Assembly (NCBI GenBank): GCA_025594325.1
Contig: JANHCV010000006.1
Span: 434,001-498,000, forward strand
Origin: Blastocladiella emersonii ATCC 22665
Taxonomy: Eukaryota > Fungi > Blastocladiomycota
DNA length: 64,000 nucleotides
Reading direction: 5' to 3'
The notes under the pieces: model-generated
Told to the model about the DNA's origin: nothing
Database searches by the model: none
The model's input: only the letters and a program-made list of their open reading frames with translations
Part shown: in pieces, positions 1 to 12,348 of the stretch
Layout of the letters: each line of letters begins with the position of its first letter
How positions within the stretch are numbered: the stretch's first letter is position 1
Position numbers and translations under genes: made by a program

Positions 1-1670
1 ACAAGCGCTCCCGTTGTGAGGCCTCGGACGCACCGCATCCACGGCGACCGCCGCATTTCACGCCTTATTCAGCAGCGGAGGTGCCTCACCGACGACGCGG
101 ACTGACTGGATCACGACGCGTCGCAGACGCGTGGGCCTCAGACTCCGATCCGGGGGATGCAGACGCGACTTTCACGCGCTGGTTGCCCGTTCGAGCACAC
201 GCGCGGTGCAAACTCAAGCGCGCCGCACACACAACGTTGCGGGGGAATCGTGCTCGCCCAATACGGCCCGGTTTCTCCGCACCTCGCGTCGCGTCGTTTA
301 TCGTGCGCGTGCAGGCGTGCGGGGGGAACGCGTGGGCGTCGCTGGTCGACTACGCCACCCCCGACGAGCACCCCCACAATCAGTGAGCTTGCAAGATGGC
401 GGATCTCGCCGCCGCTGGCGTACGTTGTCCTTCGCGCGCGCGCGCGCGCCAAAGTTCGCGAGAACAAGGCTGGCCGCTTCGCCGCGCTGGTCTCGCCGAA
501 TGCCCGGCCTCGCTCATTCGCGCACATTGTTCACACACACTGAGTCTGGACCCACGCGCGCGAGCGATAAGCGAGATGTGGGAGTCGAGTGAAGCGGAGG
601 GCGGTGACGCGGCGGTGACAGGGGCCATCAGTGATTCGATCACGGCGCGTCGCGTCGACTTTTCGCCACTCTTCTGTCGACCGCTTGGTTGACCGCTTAC
701 ACGCGCGTAATCTGATCTCTGCTCGCTTTTGCACGGTATGGACGATGAACGGCTCGAAAATGCACGCGTTCGAGACCCGCCAGTCCAAGCGACGCGCCGT
801 GACGCGCCGCGCCGCGCCGCGCGCGTGCGGGGTAAACGACGCGTCATTCTTCCATTCCGGGGCCTCCACCCCGCAGCCTCTCCTCTGCTCTGCTCTGCGG
901 GGGGCACCAACACGTTTTCGTGCCCGCTGTGGGCGTTGGGGGGACCCAGTCTCAGCATCCTGCAGGGCTCGGCCGACCGAATTCGCGCGCCAGTTGACGT
1001 CACCTCCTCACCGCTCGCGCTGCGCCTCCTCTTTCTTTCCTCGCGTATTGCCGGCGCCGGCCTGCGGGGGAAGTGTGGCGCCCACCGGACGCGGACGACA
1101 GGGGGCGGCGTGCATGAAGATGCATGGGGCGCGCGTCCGTTGTTCCTCCGAGATGAAACACACGCAACGCTCCGGCTCCGGGATCCCCGCGTCTTTCCCT
1201 TCCCGGCCCTGACAATGACCCGGTGGTGGGCGTGCCACCTCCGCACCCTGCGTCGGCGTGACGTAACCGGCCGTGATGAAAGAGGAGGCCTGGCGCCGAC
1301 CGACGTGTATCACAATGCGGGGGCGCGGGGATGCGTGGCCATCGTCCGGCGAATCGGGAGCGTCGGTGGCTGCGATATGGATCGCGGAGAGCTGCCGACT
1401 GCGCCCTTGTTCGCCCGACCCGACCCACCCGTCCGCGCCTAATCTTTGAGAGGGGGCGCGTCGTGATTCGCCAGGGCTGAGTTTGGCCGCGGCCGACTTG
1501 CATGAAGATCACCGCGTCGCGTCGCGTCGTTGCCGTCAGCGACTTGGTCTGGACCGGATCGCCAAGAATTCGGCCCGGCCCGGCTCACCTCGGCTCGGAA
1601 GACAGAGCATGATCGAGCAACAAAACTAGAGCTGTTGCTGGTCTATTCTCCACACACGCGTCACAGTGCC

Positions 1671-2943
1671 TCACAGGCCCTTGTTGTAGTAGACGTGGGT
1701 GATGGGCTTCCCCTCCTCGTCGCGCAGGCCGTGGAACTTGGGCTCGAGGTCGGCCACGGCCACGCGCGCCTGCTGCGGGAACAGCGCGATCGCGCACGGT
1801 AGCGCCGTCATGAGCGAGCCGGCGACCACAGCTACATGATCGCGAAGGGTAAGATGACGCGCAACACGCCGCGAAGAAAAAAAACCGTACCGAGGTTGAT
1901 CGGGATCAGCATGCGCGGGTTAGCCTTAAAGTACGCGCGGTGCGTGAACTGCGCCATGACGAGGGGCGGAACCACAAGACACGGGAACGACGTGGCGACG
2001 CGGCTGATCGACACCTGGGTGACGGCGGACCACCCGGCCTTGGCCGACTTACCGAGGTCGCGCCCCTGCTCGTCCGTCACCATGATCCCGTCCGTGAGCT
2101 CCTTTTGCCGCATCAGGAACACGTTGGCAGTCCCGGCGAGCGCCACGGCCGCGAACGGGATCGTGCCGACGAGCCGCCGCGGGAACTTGCCGCGCTCGGC
2201 CAGGTGGTTGAGCCCGAGGGCCACTCCGCACGACGTGGTCACGGCGCCCGCGTACGCGGCGGCCGTCTCGGTCATCGACATGGGCGCCGTCTTGTTCGCG
2301 TTCGCGTAGTTGACGGCCACGTTGACCGACTGGTTGAGCCACTGCCAGAACGCGATGGCTGCCGTCTACACACGAGATCGAATTCGCGGCGTCAGTCTGA
2401 CATCTCTTCCGTGGCGCGCACGCGAGAGAACAGGCGTACACTCTGGTTCGGCATCAGCATGCCGAACAGGACAAACATGTTGGTCGGGACAAAGCACGAC
2501 ATGCGGAACGGCAGGAACACTTTCTCGCCGGTATCCGCGTGGTACGTTGCCGAGACGACTAGACGGGCGGCGGCAGCGGGATCAGTTTTGGTGCACCGGG
2601 TGCAAGCGCGCGCGGCGTACGCTTCTTGGCGCGCCAGTAGTCCTCGACGCCGACCATGGAGTGGACCAGCCCGTTTTTGTAGTCGTCCATGAGCTGCTTG
2701 GCGCGCTGCAGCTCTGCCTCGGACGCGAGCAGCGTCCTAGACGTTGGAGGGTCAGCCAACACCCCGCGCGCGGCAGAATTCGACTCGTTCGACAACATAC
2801 CGCGGGTCCGTCACGTCGATAAAGTGGCGCACGCGGCCGAGGTACGTCTCCTGGCTGTACCGCGGGCGGGACAGGTCCGGGAACCCCGCGGGGACCCGGT
2901 CGACGGGGTCCACGACCGTGGCCGTCGCGAGCTGGTGGTCCAT
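1671..2943 (-). CDS. FSF1: Sideroflexin (mitochondrial tricarboxylate/serine carrier), multi-exon
   Basis: Exons join to MDHQ...PRYSQETYLGRVRHFIDVTDPR / TLLASEAELQRAKQL / ...FWQWLNQSVNVAVNYANANKT...IPFAAVALAGTANVFLMRQKEL...; C-terminus YYNKGL* is typical of sideroflexins. GT-AG introns, e.g. 2800-2737. Confidence 0.93.
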
Positions 2944-3310
2944 GGCGGGTGCGTGCGGAGAGGTGCTAGCAAGAAGTGGGGCGTCCTGCGCGGACGATGT
3001 ATGCATGAGCGAACGAGCCGGGCGAGGAGAGGCGAGTGGGCGTGCAGGAGAAAGGATCAGCCGGCGCCCACGCGGGCACGCGCGAGCCAAAGAGCGCGTT
3101 GGGGCAGTCACCTGAGCGCAGCTGATGTCTCGCGACGCGTCTCGCAGCGCGTTCGGTTTCGCGGCCGACGAGAGCGAGAGTGAGAGGACAGGCGTACGGT
3201 GGGATAAGGATGATGGTATACTCGATGGAATGAATCACAATCAACAACAACAACGATAACCTGGCGGGCGGCAGCGACCCGCGTTCACTCGCGCGCGTCA
3301 CCACGCACGC

Positions 3311-4529
3311 TTAGCCCGACATGGCCGTGACGCCGGCGCCCTGCGGGCCGACATCGAGCGGCTCCATAGCCTCGCCGGCGGGGATCCCCGCGAGCGTCTG
3401 GGTCTGCTGCGTCTGCTGCGGGAACGGCTGGTACTGGCGGCCCGACCCGGACGTGGGCGGGATCCCGATGGCGCCCGACGGGTACGCCGACCCGCGCAGG
3501 TCGCGCCGCATGCCCTGGCTCGACGGGTTGTACGCCGGGTCGACGCCGGGGCCCTCGCTGCCGTAGTACGCGTACGGGAACCCCGGCTCGCCCGTGCCCG
3601 TGGTGCCGCGGATCGACGTGTCCGGGCTCAGCAGGCGCTGGCGCTCGGCCGCGCTGCCGTCGTCGTGCTTGGGCGTGATGTTGTGGATCAGCAGGTACGT
3701 GAGGAACACGGCGACAAGCTATGGTGGCGAGGGGCGGGGATGGCGAGTGAGCGGCCGAGTTATGCGCGCGCGGGGCGCCGTGGGGGAGCGAGCAGCGTAC
3801 CTGGATGCCGGCGAGGATGATGCTCGAGGTGCCGATCACGTTCTGCAGGCGGCGGTACCCGCCGACGAGCGTGCGGTAGCACGACACCTGGTAGCCGAAC
3901 TCGACGCTCTTGAGGCACGCTACGCCGGGCCGCGAGTGTGGTGTGGTGAGCGGCCGTCTTGATGCGGAGTTGGATGCGCAAGCGAGAGCGTGAGAGGGAA
4001 ACGTACCGTCGGGCGTGGTCTTGGGCACGGCACGGTCGGTCGTGTAGCGGAACCCGCAGCAGCCGCGCTACAGTACACGCGAGACCGTGAGTCGCGAACC
4101 GCGCAACCCTTACTCGAGCGGGCGCGCACGTACCTCTTCCTGGAGATCGCGAATGACGCGCGGATGGTGGTCGTACGCGTTCTGCCACGCGTCGTCGAGC
4201 AACGAGTCGACGGCGCCCTGGTTGGCGAGGGCGACGACGCCGAGGACGATCTGGACCGCGACCAGGGCGATGAGGCCGATGAGGAACGCGTACAGCGTGG
4301 TGCGCGACTCGGTGACGACGCCGAAGGTGCCGAGGAACGACACGAGGAACACGAGGCTGCCGACCACCAGCATCAGCACCGACAGCGACCGCTGGCCGAG
4401 CACCGACGTCGTGTCCGACAGCGTGTACACGCCCAGCACGATCAGCACCAGGCCCGTCAGCGCCGTCAGCGTCGCCACCGCGAACACGGCCCACTTGGTG
4501 GACGCGACCGACAGGTGTGGGTGCGCCAT
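3311..4529 (-). CDS. Tetraspanin-family membrane protein, multi-exon
   Basis: Three N-terminal hydrophobic helices (4110-4529), a CCG motif in the large loop exon (RGCCGFRY, about 4040-4062), further Cys residues, a fourth TM helix (IILAGIQ/LVAVFLTYLLI) and a Pro/Gly-rich cytoplasmic tail. Confidence 0.8.
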
Positions 4530-4907
4530 GGATGGTGCGCGCGCGGGGTTGGAGAGTGGGAGGGAGCTGGGAGGGAGGTGGACGCGGGGTGGATGCAGGA
4601 ACCGGCGATGCGTGTGCGCGCGTGCGGGTCGATGCGTCGTCGTTGATGCGTCGTCGTCGTCGCGGTGCCGGCCGCTGTCTCGTCGATGAATCTCGGCGAG
4701 AAGGGAGGAGGGGAGAGAGGGCCGGGTGAGACCGACAGCGCCGAGTGGGGCCAGGCCGACCGACGCGTGCGCAGCAGCGAGCGTGGCCACGTCGATGCCC
4801 GCACGCACGCGTGCCTGGCTTAGCTCCAGATGAGCGCGAAACGCGACGCGTCACCCTGCCGACCCAAATCCGGAAACCGCTGCAGTGCATCAAAATGTAT
4901 TCTTCCC

Positions 4908-7778
4908 CTAAAACGGCGCCGCCGTCACGTCGCTCTCATACACGCCGAACACGCAGTAGTGCGTGCCGACCGCCGCCGACGCGGACGACGCGGACGCCGC
5001 GGGCGCCGACGACGAGGAGCCAAACGTGAGCGACGCGCCGCCGTACATGGGGAGCGCGAGCCCGCTGTCGGCAGGGTTGGCGAGCGCGGCCGCGATGATC
5101 GCGACGAGCAGCGCGACCGCGACCGCGAGCGGGACCGCCCACGTGGCGTTGTTGCCGCTGAGCGTGTCCTCGAGCAGCGCGCGCACGCGGTCGCCGTGGC
5201 GGCGGCTGGGCTTGCTGCCGGCGACGGCGGGGTACGGCGACGTCTGGATGAAGCTCGCGGTGCGCCCGGCCTTGCTGTTGCGCGGCGACGACGCGGTGCG
5301 CGCGTGCTGCGGCGAACCGGATGCCGACACGGCGTTGCGCAGAGGCGAGGCCGCGGACACGGACGACGCGCCCGACGACGACGCCGTAAGCCGCGGCCGG
5401 CGCATCGGGCGCGCGCTCGGCGAGCCCGGATCGTGCATGTCGGCGCGCGAGTGGTCGATGGCGCCCGGTTCCACGACGCCCTCGATGTCGCCGAGCATTG
5501 GCGGCGGGTTGCGAGCGGACGCGGTACCGGTGCCAACGCCGCTGTCGACCTGGATCGACGCCTCGGTGACCCACCCGGCCGCCACGTCCTCGTCAACGGC
5601 ACCGCCGCTGCCGCCGGCCTCGGGCACCCGCTCGCTCGAGAAGGTGACGTGGTCCTCGGTGTACGCCTCGACGGGCACGCCGCTGGCAAAGTCGTGGTAC
5701 TGGGTGCCGATGACGTACTGCGCCGGCGCCGTGGTCTGGACCTCGGCGTCGACGCCCGGCGCGCGCCCGCGCTGCAGCGCCTGCACCTGCCCGTACAGCG
5801 CGTCGACCGTCTGCCGCAGCTCCGCGTTCTCCTCGGCGAGCCGCGCGGTGCGCAGCGCCGCATCGGGGTCGGCCGCGGCACCGCCGATCGCGCCCATGAG
5901 CTCGGCGCCGAGGGACCCGGGCTGCTGCTGCTGTTGCTGCACCGGCACCTGCTGGTTCTGGTGCTGCGACTGCTGGGACTGCGCGAACTGCGGCGGTGGG
6001 AGCCCGGCAAGGAGCGCGTTGAGGAACTCGACGGCCTCGGCCGACTCCTGCTTCTCGGGGTGCAGGACGAGATCGAGCAGCGCCTCGCGCTCGTGGCGCG
6101 CCTGCTGGAGGTGCGCGGCGAGCATGTCGCGCTCGGCCGCGACCTCGTCGCGTTGGCTCTCCACGTCGCCGAGCATCTCGCGCAGCTCGGCGACCTCGTT
6201 GGCGCGCGCGGCCTCGGCGTCGACGGCGGCCTTGTACTGCTCGTTCAGCTCCATGTACTTGGTGCGGACGAGGTGCAGGTTCTTGGTGTTGTGCTTCATG
6301 CGGCTGCGCGCGTCGTCGAGGTCGACCGAAAACGCCTCGGCGTGCCGGTACGCCTCCTCGTACTCGCCCGTCACCTTCTTGAGCTGCGCGCGCAGATCGG
6401 CCAGCTCGGCGCGCTGCTGCCGGATCACCTCCTCGCGCTCCAGCAGCATGTCGCCGTGGTCGTCGCCCGCGCCGGTGGCGGCCGCGCCCGCGAGCCCGCC
6501 CACGGCACCACCGTACCGCTGCTGCTGCTGGCGCTGTTGCTGCTGGTACAGCTGCTGCGACGACGCCGTTTCCCGCTGCCACTGCTCGCGCTGCTGAGCA
6601 AAGTACTCGGCCGTCGCCTGCTCCTGCTCCTGCTGCTGCTGGAACTGGTCGTCGTCCTCGAGGTGATCGGCCGTGAGGAACGGATCGTCGCCGTTTCCGT
6701 TCGCGCCGTCGAAATTGGCGTAGTCTTGCCGTGGTGGCGGCGACGGGACGGGCGCGGTGGGCGGCGGGGTCGGGCCGCGGAACCCGTTGTTGCCGTTACC
6801 GTTTCCGTTGAGCTCGTCGGCGGCGTCATCGCGCTCAAAGTAGTGCGCGGCGACGTCGTTGATGTGCGGGTTGAGCAGGCCCTGCGGCTTGGCGAAGGTC
6901 CAGTTGGACGGGTCATCGGCCGCCGCTCCCGCTGCGGGCTCGCGGTGGGCGTTGTCGTCAGCCTGTTCGGCCTCAGCCTGCTGCACCTGCTGCTGCTGTT
7001 GCTGGAGCTGCTGCTGCCGCCGCCACTGCTGCTGCTCGCGCGGGTCCATGCGGCGCAGCGCGGGCGTCGGCACGTACAGCATGTCCTGGCCCTCGGGCGC
7101 GTTCATGAAGGAGAGGTCGAGCGTGTAGTCCTCGCCGTGCTTCTGCTTGAACTTGGGCGTCAGCACCTCGACGGCGAACCGCTGCGCGGGCGTCATGGTG
7201 ACGTGCGGGTTCGGCCCACCGCCGGCTCGTGCGGGTGTCTGGGCCACGGCGTTGCCCCCGCCGGCGGCGCCGTCGGCTTCGGCTGCGCGCTTCTCGTCCA
7301 TGGCATTCCGCAGGCCGTGCAGCAGCCGCTCGAGGTCCTCGCGGGCAAAGTTCTGGTCCATGACCTGCCCCTGCTCGCACGCGTCCATGAGCGCGTTCAG
7401 CTCCTCTTCCCCGATGAGCAGCACGCCGTAGGTCTCGTTGTGCCCGATCACGGCCTCGAAAAAGTCCTTGATGGGGACCTCGTCGCTCGACTGGAGCAGG
7501 TCGTCGATCAGGTCGGCCAGCGCCCACTCCTCGGGCGACTTGGATGCAGGAGCGGGTGCGGGATGCGGCGGTAGGTGCCGGTGCGGGTTGTATCCGCCGA
7601 ACCCGCCGTGCGAGGCCGATGGCGCGGCCGAGGACGAGCCCGCCGCGGAGAAGCCCGTCTGATGGTGGAGGCCCGAGGCGGACGACGTCGACGCCGATGC
7701 CGCGGCGGCGCCGGGGGCCGACCTCAGCGGCGGTGGTGCGAATGCGCCGAACTTGGGCGGGCGGCGATGGGTCTGCAT
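4908..7778 (-). CDS. Large coiled-coil protein with a single C-terminal transmembrane helix (tail-anchored type), function unknown
   Basis: Intronless ORF with GC3-rich host-like codons; helical N-terminal domain (DLIDDLLQ...DLERLLHGL), poly-Q linkers, long heptad region (LLEREEVIRQQRAEL...ALLDLVL) and TM segment WAVPLAVAVALLVAIIAAALA. Start placed at MQTHRR (7778). Confidence 0.7.
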   Translation of the reverse strand: MQTHRRPPKFGAFAPPPLRSAPGAAAASASTSSASGLHHQTGFSAAGSSSAAPSASHGGFGGYNPHRHLPPHPAPAPASKSPEEWALADLIDDLLQSSDEVPIKDFFEAVIGHNETYGVLLIGEEELNALMDACEQGQVMDQNFAREDLERLLHGLRNAMDEKRAAEADGAAGGGNAVAQTPARAGGGPNPHVTMTPAQRFAVEVLTPKFKQKHGEDYTLDLSFMNAPEGQDMLYVPTPALRRMDPREQQQWRRQQQLQQQQQQVQQAEAEQADDNAHREPAAGAAADDPSNWTFAKPQGLLNPHINDVAAHYFERDDAADELNGNGNGNNGFRGPTPPPTAPVPSPPPRQDYANFDGANGNGDDPFLTADHLEDDDQFQQQQEQEQATAEYFAQQREQWQRETASSQQLYQQQQRQQQQRYGGAVGGLAGAAATGAGDDHGDMLLEREEVIRQQRAELADLRAQLKKVTGEYEEAYRHAEAFSVDLDDARSRMKHNTKNLHLVRTKYMELNEQYKAAVDAEAARANEVAELREMLGDVESQRDEVAAERDMLAAHLQQARHEREALLDLVLHPEKQESAEAVEFLNALLAGLPPPQFAQSQQSQHQNQQVPVQQQQQQPGSLGAELMGAIGGAAADPDAALRTARLAEENAELRQTVDALYGQVQALQRGRAPGVDAEVQTTAPAQYVIGTQYHDFASGVPVEAYTEDHVTFSSERVPEAGGSGGAVDEDVAAGWVTEASIQVDSGVGTGTASARNPPPMLGDIEGVVEPGAIDHSRADMHDPGSPSARPMRRPRLTASSSGASSVSAASPLRNAVSASGSPQHARTASSPRNSKAGRTASFIQTSPYPAVAGSKPSRRHGDRVRALLEDTLSGNNATWAVPLAVAVALLVAIIAAALANPADSGLALPMYGGASLTFGSSSSAPAASASSASAAVGTHYCVFGVYESDVTAAPF

Positions 7779-8046
7779 CACGGCGACGATAGTGGTGGCG
7801 GCGAGCGCGGGCGGTTCAGATGCATGGAGTGCCGCAGCACGATTGTAAGGTTGGCGCAAGAGACGGGTCTGTGGTGCATGCAGACAGGCCGCGGACGGTG
7901 GCCGTCGTCGTCGCAGGGGACGAGCGAGACGGCCGCGCGCGCTCAGGGGGGCATCACATGATTATTCGACGCCTGCAAGAGTGTCTCCTGTCTGTCTCGC
8001 GCTTCGCTTCAAGGTGTTCGCAAAAATGGTCTCCTCATTCTCTTAA

Positions 8047-9315
8047 TCACAGCCCGCTCGCCGGCGGACTCGCCATCAGCTCGTCGTGGATGAGCGGCAG
8101 CATCTCCTGGACGGGCGCCTCGAACTTGCGCGCGAACAGGTCGTCGGCGCGCGTCGGGCCCTGGTTGATGCACCACACGGGCCCACGGGCCTCGCGCACG
8201 AGCCGGAACGCCGAGAAGGTCGTCAGCGTGGTGCCGAGGACCAGGATCCCCGACGCGTTCTCGACCCACTTGGCCGCGCGCTGCTTGACGGCGGGGTCGA
8301 TGTTCTCGCCGAAGAAGACCACGCCCGGCTTCAGCACGCCCGTGTCGCACGACGGGCACGACGGGTACTTGAACTTGTCGAACTCGAGCGCCACATCCAC
8401 GTCGCCGTCGGGGCGCACGTTGTTCGGGTCGCCGGTCCCTGCCGCTGGTGCGGCGGGTGGTGGGGAGGCGGTGGTGGAGGGCCCGCGCGCGGCCGTCTCG
8501 CCGGGCGACTTGTGCGACGGCGGGATCACGACCTTGAGCCGCTCGTTGTCGGACAGCGCGGGCGCCTTGGCCAGGTGGTGCGACCACGTCGGGTTGTGCG
8601 ACGCGAGGATGTGCTGGTAGTCGACGCGCTTGATCGTGTGCTTGCACCCCTGGCACACCACCTCGGCGAGCGTGCCGTGCAGCTCGACGACTTCGGTTGC
8701 GCCGGCTACGGGTCAAACGACAGGGGTCAGAATGGGTCCGTTGCGGAGTCGGTGAGGGGATGACGGACCCTTGATGTGCAGCGAGTCCACATTCTGCGTC
8801 ACGATGCCCAGCACGCGGCCGGCGCGCTGCCAGTCGGCGAGCACGTCGTGGATCACGTTGGGTTTCGCGTTCGCGACGGTGCCGTATCCGAGCATCGAGC
8901 TACGCGCGGAGGGGCGGGATGTCAGTCTGGCACACGATCAGTGCGGCGCGAGGGCTCGAGAGCGTACCGAGCCCAGTAGCGTTGCCGGTTGTAGTGGTTA
9001 CCCATGAACTCCTATCGGGCGGCGCACAGTCAGCAACATGCGCAGCGATCGAGCCGTCGCGACACGGCGTGTACCTGGTACTGGATCGGCTTGTAGTCCT
9101 TGTTCTTGACGTAGGCGCCGTTGGGCCCGCGGTAGTCTGGGATATTGGATGGCGTGCTCACGCCGGCGCCTGATCAACGGTGCAGCCGTCAGCTGCTAGC
9201 CCGCGGCACCTCAGTAGCCGCAACACGCACCCGTGATGACGAGCAGGCGCGATCCGCACGACCGGATGAAGCGCGCGTAGTCGGACACGACGTGTTTCGG
9301 GATGGATGGTGGCAT
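8047..9315 (-). CDS. NAD-dependent sirtuin deacylase, class II (SIRT4-like), multi-exon
   Basis: Spliced motifs LVITG/AGVSTPSNIPDYRGPNG, IVTQNVDSLH, ELHGT..V.CQGC, CPSCDTGVLKPGVVFFGEN, LVLGTTL. Start codon position is inferred. Confidence 0.88.
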
Positions 9316-9598
9316 GGTGTCGATGCGTGCGTTGCGTTCGTTGCGGAGGGTCTAGTGCTCACAGTTACATGTACAGGTGGGTTGGATCGCAGTGGAGAGA
9401 GCGAGGGCCGCGGAGAGGAGGAGCACGCCACGCTCCGATCGCGCGCGTGAACGATCTCCGCCGCTGTCTCGCAGGCGACCGCTTCGCATCACACGCGACT
9501 TGAGGGACGTCACGAGGCAGCAAAGGTGAGAAACAGATGGCTTTTGGCGTTTTTGTATGTGCAGGTGAGGGACAGGAAGGGAATGGGACGACAGCGCG

Positions 9599-10228
9599 CT
9601 ACTCGCCGTGCTTGAGGACGCGGACCCACTCGCGGTAGTTGAAGCGGTTCTCGGCGTCGACGGGGGCGCCCTTGAACATGATGTCGACCTCCTCGTCGGT
9701 GAAGCGGTCGGCCATGGTGGTGAGGGCGTCGCGCAGCAGGTCGGCGTCAATGTACCCGGTCTTCTTCTCGTCAAACGCCTCGAAGGCCTGCAGGATCTCG
9801 TGCTCGGGGTCGGTCCCGCTCATGCGCTCGCCGAACAGCGTCAGGAAGATGGTGAAGTTGATGGTCCCGTTGCCCGGCGCGTCCGCGATCATGTCGTCGA
9901 CGTACTCGTCCGTCGGGTTCTGGCCTACACGCGTGCGGGGTGTGTGAGCGGTGGTGCATCGGGTGGAGGGGCAGCGAGGAGAGGAAGGCGTACCGAGACT
10001 GGCGAGCATGTCCTTGAGGTCGTCCTTGTCGATGAACCCGTCCTGGTCGTGGTCGATCATCGAGAAGGCCTCCTTGAACTCGCCGATCTGGCGCTGGTCG
10101 AACATGGCGAACACGTTCGAGTTCTGGCGCTGCGCGCGCTTCTTCTTGCGGGCCGACTATTCGTTCATCGCGGAGCGGTGTGAGGCGGCGTTCATTGCGC
10201 ACTCGCCGCGAGTCGCGGGCGGTACCAT
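9599..10228 (-). CDS. RLC1: Myosin II regulatory light chain (EF-hand)
   Basis: ATG/intron/[55 protein letters not shown], then [20 protein letters not shown] and [13 protein letters not shown]; two short introns. Confidence 0.92.
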
Positions 10229-10876
10229 GGTGGTGGTGGTGGTGATGGACGAGTGCAGTGCAAGTGGTCGCGACTTCGTGTGCGCTTCGAGGTGTCCCCG
10301 AGCCTTCACGGACGGAGAAGGGGTCGGCGGCGGCCCGCAGCGCGCCGGCGAGCGAGGCAGCGCGCGCGTGCCGCGACGCGTCGCGAGTGGGGAGACGGTC
10401 GCACGTGACTGGCGTCGCGCACGTGAGGCGAGCCAAAATGAGCTGGCGCGGCGTCAAGCTAGGCTGGCCCGTGGGAGCGCCGCCGGACCGCGGGGGGCAC
10501 CGCGCCCGCTCTCTCGCCGTGGGAGACGGCTAGGGCGATCACCGCGACCAGCAATCCGCTTTTGGTTCGCGGACTCCTCTCTCGCGCCGACGCAAACTTT
10601 GTCCGATCCCCCCGCTGCTCGCTCGCTCGCTGCAAGAGCTGCTGCTGCAAGACGCGTTGTCCCTCGCGTCGCCCTCTCTCGCTCCCCACCTCGCTCGCTC
10701 GCTTCGTCCCGTTCCCGACCGGCAGCGACTCTCCTTCACGCTCTCGCGTCCCGACCTGATTGCTTGACTGATCCACACCCACTGTACGCCACCGCCCGCG
10801 GCACGTCCGTCGTCGCCCCCTGTTGCTGACGCTCGCGCCCGCGTCGTCCAGGAAACCCCCTCGCACCCGCGTCACC

Positions 10877-11761
10877 ATGTCTGCTGTCGAGCTGTCCTGG
10901 ATCGAGCAGCAGTGGACCGAGCTGTTCGAGGGCCGCAACCATCTGCTCGTGCTCACCGTGGTGTCGTTTGCGCTGCACGAGGTCATGTACTGGGGCCGGC
11001 ACATCCCGTACGCGGTTGCGGACCGGATCCCGGCGCTGCAAAAGTACAAGATCCAGGAGGACAAGCACATTTCGAACGCCGACTGGTGGAAGTGCTTCTG
11101 GGGCGTGCTCAAGTGCCACTTCCTGTTCGAGCTGCCGCTGATGCTCGGGTTCCACCCGGTCGCGCAGCTGTTCGGCATGAAGGTGACCGAGGTGCCGTTC
11201 CCGTCGTGGTCGCGCATCGCGGCCGAGACGGGCCTGTTCATGGTGCTCGAGGACGCGTTCCACTACTGGGCGCACCGCGCGCTGCACCAGGGCAACCTGT
11301 ACAAGATGATCCACAAGCAGCACCACGAGTACGCGGCGCCCATCGGCATGTGCGCCGAGTACGCGCACCCGCTCGAGGTCCTGATCCTGTCCATGGGCAC
11401 GCTCCTGGGCCCCATCGCGTACACGGCCGTCACGGGCGACTTCCACGTCTTCTCGATGCTCGTGTGGTCGGCGGTGCGCACCCTGCAGGCCGTCGAGGCG
11501 CACTCGGGCTACGACTTCCCCTGGTCGCTCAACAAGTTCGTCCCCTTCTGGTCCGGCGCCGACCACCACGACTTCCACCACCAGAACTTTATCGGCAACT
11601 ACTCGACCTCGTTCCGCTGGTGGGACTTCTTCATGGGCACCGAGGGCAAGTACCACCTCGTCCGCGCCCGCCAGGCCCTCGCCAAGGCCGAGAAGGCGCA
11701 CGGCGTCGCTGCGGCCCCGATCAAGCGCGTCGACTCCAAGAACAAGGTCAAGGCCGAGTAA
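10877..11761 (+). CDS. ERG25: C-4 methylsterol oxidase (sterol desaturase/fatty acid hydroxylase superfamily)
   Basis: Three histidine boxes (HYWAHRALH, HKQHHEY, HHDFHH), AEYAHPLE and HSGYDFPWS motifs; intronless. Confidence 0.95.
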   Translation: MSAVELSWIEQQWTELFEGRNHLLVLTVVSFALHEVMYWGRHIPYAVADRIPALQKYKIQEDKHISNADWWKCFWGVLKCHFLFELPLMLGFHPVAQLFGMKVTEVPFPSWSRIAAETGLFMVLEDAFHYWAHRALHQGNLYKMIHKQHHEYAAPIGMCAEYAHPLEVLILSMGTLLGPIAYTAVTGDFHVFSMLVWSAVRTLQAVEAHSGYDFPWSLNKFVPFWSGADHHDFHHQNFIGNYSTSFRWWDFFMGTEGKYHLVRARQALAKAEKAHGVAAAPIKRVDSKNKVKAE

Positions 11762-12348
11762 GGGGTGTGCTCGTCGCCCGCAGCCGGCCGCAGTCTCGAG
11801 GGCCGCCGTCGTTCGCGTCGTCCTCCCCTCCCTCCCCTCCCTCTCTCCCCCACTCGTATTTTGGTCGATCGTCTCGCGTGTTGTGCTTTGATTTGCTTCA
11901 TGTACCATCCATTTCCCTCCACTGGACCGTCTCGGCGAGCGAGGCCGTGAGCGACGCGAGAGTGACGCGTGCTTGACGCGGCAGTGACCAGGCGAGCTGG
12001 TTTCACTTGGTTTTGCGCGCGGGGGACTCACTCGAACAGGGATTTTCGCGGTCCTCCAGTGGCGCCGCGTGCTCACGGAGAACGCGCGGCCAACCGCTCG
12101 CCCCCCGCCGTCGACCACCGCGGCCCGATCGCCTCTCGCCCCCTCTCTCTCCTCTGCCCCGCTGACTGACTCGGTGCAGGACGGCGAGCAGCGACCGCGA
12201 CACCTCACGCAACGTATCGCCACGCACGCATTCGCCCCTTTGTGACTCGCGCCGCCTGTTCCACGCGCGCTCCGACTGCCACCCATACACTCTGCTGCTG
12301 CTGCATACATCGAGTCTCGTTTCTGCCGCCCCCGGCCCATCATCCACC

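Noticed and set aside
1-1660. Many overlapping 100-290 aa ORFs on both strands
   Set aside because: Arg/Ala/Pro-rich translations with no motif or codon bias; expected in high-GC DNA. Treated as intergenic.
4830-7574. 914-aa plus-strand ORF and similar long antisense ORFs (10736-12343, 12913-15063, 16886-18598, 39260-40981, 61111-62766)
   Set aside because: Shadows of GC3-rich genes on the opposite strand; no independent protein features.
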